NCBI GenBank assembly: GCA_947478845.1
Contig: CANJXC010000003.1
Span: 177,659 to 241,658, forward strand
Source: Spirochaetales bacterium
GTDB taxonomy: Bacteria > Spirochaetota > Spirochaetia > JABEVK01
Direction: 5' to 3'
DNA length: 64,000 nucleotides
Notes under the pieces: generated by a model
Databases searched by the model: none
Told to the model about the DNA's origin: nothing
What the model saw: the letters and a program-made list of their open reading frames with translations, nothing else
Made by a program: the position numbers and the translations under genes
Shown here: positions 58,673-64,000 of the stretch, one piece after another
Layout of the letters: the number at the start of each line of letters is the position of its first letter
How positions within the stretch are numbered: the first letter of the stretch is position 1

Positions 58673-59653
58673 TCAATCGCCCCCGGCCCAACGCGCTACT
58701 TCGTTGGCCCTTGCCTTCCATTGTTCCACGAGTTCCGGTGGCGAAAGGGGCCTCACCATAGAGCCCCACTGGCCGGTGAGTTGCAAGGCATCGAAGAGGT
58801 CGTTGACGCGCAGGGTAAGGTCACAACTGCCGTCGGGGTTGCGCTGCGAACTTTGCCCGTAGTGAAACCAGCTTTCCTGCACATGGGCCACGGCATCACC
58901 GAAAAACCTCAGCACTACGGTGATGGGCTGCGGTCCAACAAGGATGGTGTGCGACCCAAACGTGGACCGCAAACGATCGTTGACTTTCCCCAGGTCGAAT
59001 CGGTTGCGAAACCCTTGGTCGGTGGGAGTGCACCGCATAATGCGCTGAAGCTTGATTTGCGTCGGCTGATCGGGAAGCCCTGGACGATGGGTGAACTCGC
59101 CATCGCCGATGAGGTACCAAACCCCGTTATGGTTCAAGAAGGTCATCGGCTCCATGAGCAATTCCCGGGCCACGCCTTCCCTGTTCTTGTAACTGATCTT
59201 GACCAGTTTCTGGTTTACGAGCGACTGCACCAAGAGGTGAAAGTGCTCGGGCTTGTGGCGGTCGGGATGGGGAGTGCTGGTGTAGTGAATGCGGTTATTG
59301 AGGGCCCGCAAATCCGACTGCCCGTAGCGGGCCTCCAGGTGGCTCATCCACCCCGTTACCGGGTAGGGAAATAAGTTTGTGGTTCCGGCGAGTGCCTTCA
59401 AAAACGGCAGGAACTCGGCCTCCGCAAGGGCTTTTTCGCCGTGACGACGCTCCAGTTTCCAGCGTCCCTCGCCTTCGGATTCGAGGCTTGCGCCCGGGTC
59501 GGCCTGGGGGAGCAGTTCCCGCAGGTAAGACATATCGTCGTAGAACTGCCTGAGCTTGATCCGGTCGGCCACCAGGCCATAGTGAACCGGCTTGTTTGCG
59601 TTCAAAATTCCCAGGTAGAAGAAGAAGCGCTGGACGTTGTCGGGCTTTGCCAT
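58673..59653 (-). CDS. WYL-domain transcriptional regulator (divergent wHTH-WYL-WCX)
   Basis: KISY, MEPM..LNHNGVWYLIG, IKLQRI, VRPLSPPEL. Confidence 0.85.
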   Translation of the reverse strand: MAKPDNVQRFFFYLGILNANKPVHYGLVADRIKLRQFYDDMSYLRELLPQADPGASLESEGEGRWKLERRHGEKALAEAEFLPFLKALAGTTNLFPYPVTGWMSHLEARYGQSDLRALNNRIHYTSTPHPDRHKPEHFHLLVQSLVNQKLVKISYKNREGVARELLMEPMTFLNHNGVWYLIGDGEFTHRPGLPDQPTQIKLQRIMRCTPTDQGFRNRFDLGKVNDRLRSTFGSHTILVGPQPITVVLRFFGDAVAHVQESWFHYGQSSQRNPDGSCDLTLRVNDLFDALQLTGQWGSMVRPLSPPELVEQWKARANEVARWAGGD

Positions 59654-59684
59654 GACCCCTATTATACGGTATAACGGTGGCACC

Positions 59685-61097
59685 ATGCTTGTTCAGAAGT
59701 TTGGCGGAAGCTCCGTCGAGGATGCGGGAAAAATACGTCAGGTGGCAGAGATTGCCTTGTCGCACCGGCAGGACGGCCGTATCGCTATTGTGCTTTCTGC
59801 CATGAAAGGCATCACCGACCTGCTTTTGGGCGCCGCTCGGGAAGCTGAGTCCGGCAAGGCCTCGTACAAAGACGCCCTTGCCACCGTAGAGTTTCGGCAC
59901 CGTCAGGCGGCCACCGAGCTCACCTCCGGACCAACCCGGTTAGCCTTGGAAGCCCATCTCGACCAATACCTGAAGGACCTTCGCGACCTCCTTCACGGCG
60001 TAGAACTAGTCAAGGAATGCTCCAAGCGCACCCTCGACTTGGTAGCCGGCTTCGGTGAACGGCTTAGTTGCCTATTGATGGCCTCACACCTCACAGGTCG
60101 GGGCGAAGAAGCTCATTTCATTGATGCGAGCAAAAACTTTATCCTCACCAACGACAACCACGGCGAAGCCGAGGTGGACTTCGAAGCCACCTACGCGGCC
60201 GTGGAAGCTAGGCTGAGGCCGCTTCAAGGGGTGATGGTGATCACCGGATTTGTGGCCAGTACTCCCGAAGGCCGCCCCACAACGCTTGGCCGCAATGGCA
60301 GCGACTACACCGCCAGCCTTGTTGGTGCCGCCATCCGCGCTGAAGCCGTGGAGATTTGGAAAGACGTGGACGGGGTGCTCACGGCCGATCCTCGCTTTGT
60401 GAAAGGCACCATTGTGCTCGACGAGATCAGCATGGAAGAAGCGATGGAGCTGAGCTACTTTGGTGCAAAGGTAATTCACCCTTCAACGATGATGCCACTG
60501 CTCGAGAGGGGAATCTCGCTTCGCATCAAAAACACGCTCAATCCAGCGGTGAAGGGCACACTCATCCGCCAGAACCCTACGCCACACACCAACGACATCA
60601 CGGGCATAGCCAGCATCTCAGCAGCAGCACTTATCAATATCGAAGGTAGCGGGATGATCGGTATTCCCGGCTTTGCCAGCCGCGTATTTGGGGCGCTTGC
60701 CAGGGTCAAGGTCAACGTGATCATGATCAGCCAAGCCAGCTCCGAGCATTCCATCTGTATCGTGTGCCGCGAAACCGAAGCGCAAACGGCGTTGGTGGCG
60801 CTGCGCGCTGAGCTGGCCATCGAACACAAACAAAAGAAACTCAAGGACTGTGAGCTGCTGACCGGCTTAGAAATTATCGCCGTGATTGGCGAAAACATGC
60901 GCGGTCGTCCTGGCATTACCGGCCGACTGTTCAGCAGCCTCGGCGACGCCAAGGTCAATGTTCTGGCCATTGCCCAAGGTTCGAGTGAACGCAATATCAG
61001 CTTTGTCATCGAAAGCAAAGACCGCGAGAAGGCCCTCAACACGGTGCACGCTGCTTTTATCGGCCCCAAGGCCGCGGGCCAAGGAGCCAAAAAGTGA
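59685..61097 (+). CDS. Aspartate kinase with two ACT domains (ThrA-type, no homoserine dehydrogenase domain)
   Basis: QKFGGSS, TLGRNGSDYTA, DVDGV, ELSYFGAKVIHP, IAQGSSERNIS. Confidence 0.93.
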   Translation: MLVQKFGGSSVEDAGKIRQVAEIALSHRQDGRIAIVLSAMKGITDLLLGAAREAESGKASYKDALATVEFRHRQAATELTSGPTRLALEAHLDQYLKDLRDLLHGVELVKECSKRTLDLVAGFGERLSCLLMASHLTGRGEEAHFIDASKNFILTNDNHGEAEVDFEATYAAVEARLRPLQGVMVITGFVASTPEGRPTTLGRNGSDYTASLVGAAIRAEAVEIWKDVDGVLTADPRFVKGTIVLDEISMEEAMELSYFGAKVIHPSTMMPLLERGISLRIKNTLNPAVKGTLIRQNPTPHTNDITGIASISAAALINIEGSGMIGIPGFASRVFGALARVKVNVIMISQASSEHSICIVCRETEAQTALVALRAELAIEHKQKKLKDCELLTGLEIIAVIGENMRGRPGITGRLFSSLGDAKVNVLAIAQGSSERNISFVIESKDREKALNTVHAAFIGPKAAGQGAKK

Positions 61098-62404
61098 AGT
61101 TTTACAGCACCCGGGACCCTTCCAAGCGGGTGAGCTTTGAACAGGCGCTGTTCCAAGGCCTTGCCCCCGACGGCGGCCTATACATACCCGAGGAAGACCT
61201 TCAGCTTCAGACGCATTTCAAAGCTCTCGACAAGGGCACTAGCTTCCACGAAATAGCTGCCCTGGTGTCGGCCTACTTGCTCAAGGGGGAAGTGGACGGG
61301 GGCGCGGTACATCGTATTGTCAAGAATGCCTTTCCCTTCGAGCCTAAATTGGTCGTGATGGACGACAACCTCAGCATCGTCGAACTGTTCCATGGGCCCA
61401 GCTGCGCCTTCAAGGATTTCGGGGCCAGTTTTCTGGCCGCGGCAATGGAAGAGTTTCTGCAGCATTCCGACCGCAAGGCCGTGATTCTTACGGCGACCAG
61501 CGGCGACACGGGCTCGGCCGTCGCTCAAGCTTTCTACAACAAGAAGAACATTCAGGTGGTTATCCTGTATCCCAGCGGCCGCGTGAGCCCGCTTCAAGAA
61601 AAACAACTCACGACTCTCGGTGGCAACGTCCTCGCGCTCGAGGTGAAAGGCTCGTTTGACGATTGCCAGGCCATGGTGAAAAAGGCCTTTCTTGACCCCG
61701 AAATGAGCGCTGCGTTTCCCCTCACCTCTGCCAATTCGATTAGTCTGGGCCGGTTGATCCCCCAGTCTTTTTATTACATCTGGGCCTTCGCCCAGCTCAA
61801 AGAACAACTCAACCAAGAGTTCTACTTTGCGGTTCCCAGCGGAAACTTCGGCAACCTGACCGCTGGCCTCTATGCTTGGAAGTGGGGTCTGCCTGTCACC
61901 GCGTTTATCGCCGCCACCAACGCCAACGATGTGGTTCCCCAATACCTCGACACCGGAATCTATTCCCCGAGACCTTCCCGTCTCACGGTAAGCAACGCTA
62001 TGGACGTGGGCAACCCCTCCAACTTTGAGCGTATGGAAGCTTTGTTCCACAAGAACCGCCATCTGATGCGTGCGCTAGTGTTCGGCGACACCGTCAGCGA
62101 TCCGCAAACTCTCGATACCATGCGTACGGTGAAAGACCGCTACAACATGGACCTTTGCCCGCACACCGCGGTGGGCTACGCGGCGGCCCGCCGCTTCCTG
62201 CGCGACAACAACAGCGCCGGTCACGTGGCCGTGTTGGCCACCGCGCATCCGGCTAAGTTTTTGGAAGTGGTTGAGCAGGCCACCGGGCGCACCCCCGAGC
62301 TTCCGCCGCAACTAGCCGGTCTTGCCTCCAAAGAGAAGCAATCCATCGTGATTTCCAATACTCCCGCTGATTTGTTCAAGACTCTCAAGGATGTGCTCTT
62401 GTGA
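61094..62404 (+). CDS. thrC: Threonine synthase
   Basis: GLAPDGGLY, ELFHGPSCAFKDFG, ATSGDTG, VPSGNFGN, TAHPAKF. Confidence 0.96.
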   Translation: MKFYSTRDPSKRVSFEQALFQGLAPDGGLYIPEEDLQLQTHFKALDKGTSFHEIAALVSAYLLKGEVDGGAVHRIVKNAFPFEPKLVVMDDNLSIVELFHGPSCAFKDFGASFLAAAMEEFLQHSDRKAVILTATSGDTGSAVAQAFYNKKNIQVVILYPSGRVSPLQEKQLTTLGGNVLALEVKGSFDDCQAMVKKAFLDPEMSAAFPLTSANSISLGRLIPQSFYYIWAFAQLKEQLNQEFYFAVPSGNFGNLTAGLYAWKWGLPVTAFIAATNANDVVPQYLDTGIYSPRPSRLTVSNAMDVGNPSNFERMEALFHKNRHLMRALVFGDTVSDPQTLDTMRTVKDRYNMDLCPHTAVGYAAARRFLRDNNSAGHVAVLATAHPAKFLEVVEQATGRTPELPPQLAGLASKEKQSIVISNTPADLFKTLKDVLL

Positions 62405-63396
62405 AACTTATAACGCTCATTTTTGTCGCATTTGGCGGCCTTTTTCTGGTTTCTTGCTCGGGCCCGCCGACACTTTACCCCATCTTCGAAAAAGGAAAGT
62501 TCGGCTACGCCGATTTTAGTGGAAGGGTGGTCATCACTCCCGCTTACGAACAGTGTGGCGAGTTTACCGAGGGGTTGGCTGTGGTTATGAAAGAGGGCCT
62601 TGTGGGTTTCATCGACACCAATGGGAAAGTGGTCATCGATTTCCAATACCCCAACGCGGGCCGTTTCAGCGAGGGGTTGGCCCATGCATCTAAGGATGGG
62701 AAGACCGGCTTCATCGACAAGACCGGCAAGGTGGTGATTCCGTTTGAGTTTGATTACGCCTTTGATTTCAGCGAAGGTTTGGCCTCCATTGCCGCTTCCA
62801 ACAAGTTCGGCTATGTGGATAAAAACGGCACTGTGGTCGTTCCTCCCACCTATCAATTCACCGGGACGTTCAGCCAAGGTTTGGGTCAGGTTGTCAAAGA
62901 CGACCTCGGCGGCTACGTCGACAAAACTGGAAAAGTGGTGATTGAGCTTGGTTACACCAGCGCCAGCCCATTCCGGGAAGGCTTTGCCATCGTGCAAAAA
63001 AACAATGAGAACGAGTTCATCGACAAGACCAACAAGAAGCCCTTCGAAGTCAAGTTTGACTCCGCTGAGCCTTTCTCCGGTGGGCTGGCCTTGATCGGGG
63101 TAGGCAATCAGGTGGGGTTCATCAACACGAAGGGTGAAACCGTTGTCGCCCCGAGTTTCAAGTATGCCCGTAGTTTCGCCGAAGGCATGGCCGTCGCGCT
63201 TCAGGACGGAAAGATGGGTTACATCGACACCAAGGGTGAGTTTGTGATCAAGCCGCAGTTTTCGGCGGCCCAAGACTTTCATAACGGTTTGGCCATGGTG
63301 CTCGTGGGTAGCGAAGTGAGCTACATCAACACGAAGGGCGAAAAGGTCTGGACCCGGACGAGCGCCGAAATGCCAAGCCTCGAAACAGCGCAGTAA
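62401..63396 (+). CDS. WG-repeat lipoprotein
   Basis: Lipobox LVSC; about eight GFID.TGKVVI...F.EGLA repeats. Confidence 0.9.
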   Translation: MKLITLIFVAFGGLFLVSCSGPPTLYPIFEKGKFGYADFSGRVVITPAYEQCGEFTEGLAVVMKEGLVGFIDTNGKVVIDFQYPNAGRFSEGLAHASKDGKTGFIDKTGKVVIPFEFDYAFDFSEGLASIAASNKFGYVDKNGTVVVPPTYQFTGTFSQGLGQVVKDDLGGYVDKTGKVVIELGYTSASPFREGFAIVQKNNENEFIDKTNKKPFEVKFDSAEPFSGGLALIGVGNQVGFINTKGETVVAPSFKYARSFAEGMAVALQDGKMGYIDTKGEFVIKPQFSAAQDFHNGLAMVLVGSEVSYINTKGEKVWTRTSAEMPSLETAQ

Positions 63397-63399
63397 CCC

Positions 63400-64000
63400 G
63401 TGCAACACATCACCTTCCACCGCCCCGACGATTTTCACGTTCACCTTCGCCAAGGCCCGGACGTGGGTCACTATGCCAGAGACGCTCGCCATGCGGGGTT
63501 CGCCCGAGTTTTGGTGATGCCCAATACCTTGCCCCCGATTGTTGATGCCGCTGGTTTGAGCGGCTACCGACGCGAAATCGAGGTGGCGGCCCCGGGTCTC
63601 AAGGCACTCATGACCTTCAAAATCCGCCCTGACGACAAAAATCCGGGGGCCGACCGCATCCGTTTGACGGCCCTGAAGAAGGCCGGCGCTGTGGCCGGAA
63701 AACTCTATCCGGAGGGAGTGACCACTCACTCAGCCGATGGCATCCGCCGGTTAGACGACGTGTGGGGAGTTGTCGCTCTGATGGAGGAACTCGACTTGGT
63801 TCTGTGCCTCCATGGCGAAGTTCCCCAAGCCTTTAGCCTCGACCGAGAGAAAGAGTTTGTGCCCTGGCTGGAGCGCCTTCGGCAGTCGTTTCCCCGGCTC
63901 CGCATCGTGCTGGAGCACGTTTCGAGCGCCGACGGGGTGCAGGCCGTTAAGGATTGCGGTGCCTTGACGGCCGGGACGCTCACGGCCCACCATCTGCTTT
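63400..64000 (+). CDS. pyrC: Dihydroorotase (homodimeric type), truncated by the window end and absent from the ORF track
   Basis: Manual translation: RPDDFHVHLRQG, VMPNT.PP, KLYPGGVTT, LHGE, VLEHVS, TAHHL. Confidence 0.93.
   Translation, partial: MQHITFHRPDDFHVHLRQGPDVGHYARDARHAGFARVLVMPNTLPPIVDAAGLSGYRREIEVAAPGLKALMTFKIRPDDKNPGADRIRLTALKKAGAVAGKLYPEGVTTHSADGIRRLDDVWGVVALMEELDLVLCLHGEVPQAFSLDREKEFVPWLERLRQSFPRLRIVLEHVSSADGVQAVKDCGALTAGTLTAHHLL

Noticed and set aside
57973..59653. Mobile element or prophage around WYL-Uma2
   Set aside because: No integrase, transposase, att repeats, tRNA or obvious compositional shift.
1..64000. Genome-wide TAG reassignment suggested by the amber codon at 39977
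   Set aside because: TAG ends conserved genes such as murA, luxS, purU and potD at their expected C-termini.

Overview
Core-chromosome segment of a spirochaete (class Spirochaetia), identified from flcA, FapA and the STAS-CesT-pspA cluster; GC content is moderately high. It is densely coded with about 59 CDS. These include gatA-gatB plus a non-discriminating aspS, corA, ilvD, msrA, purU, cdd, fba, potABCD followed by cytochrome c maturation system II, metZ, mtnN-luxS, a GH18 enzyme, flcA, leuB, pspA, rsmE, ctpA, lgt, ravA-viaA, murA, a WYL-Uma2 pair, aspartokinase-thrC and a partial pyrC. I saw no rRNA, tRNA, CRISPR array, integrase or transposase. The most notable signals are: (1) TAnnnT-N6/7-start motifs at 14 genes, pointing to widespread leaderless mRNAs; (2) a DnaA-box cluster upstream of fba with no dnaA nearby; (3) a candidate envelope-stress module made of STAS-Zn-ribbon, CesT-like chaperone, PspA and a pseudo-response-regulator whose DNA-binding wing is encoded beyond an in-frame TAG, next to a sigma54 activator lacking its HTH; (4) several apparently degenerate enzymes (NDK-like protein, DUF5939 pseudo-cyclase, GH63 without its acid residue); (5) a WYL-Uma2 pair with a candidate operator. 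All family calls are motif recognition by eye; no database searches were run.
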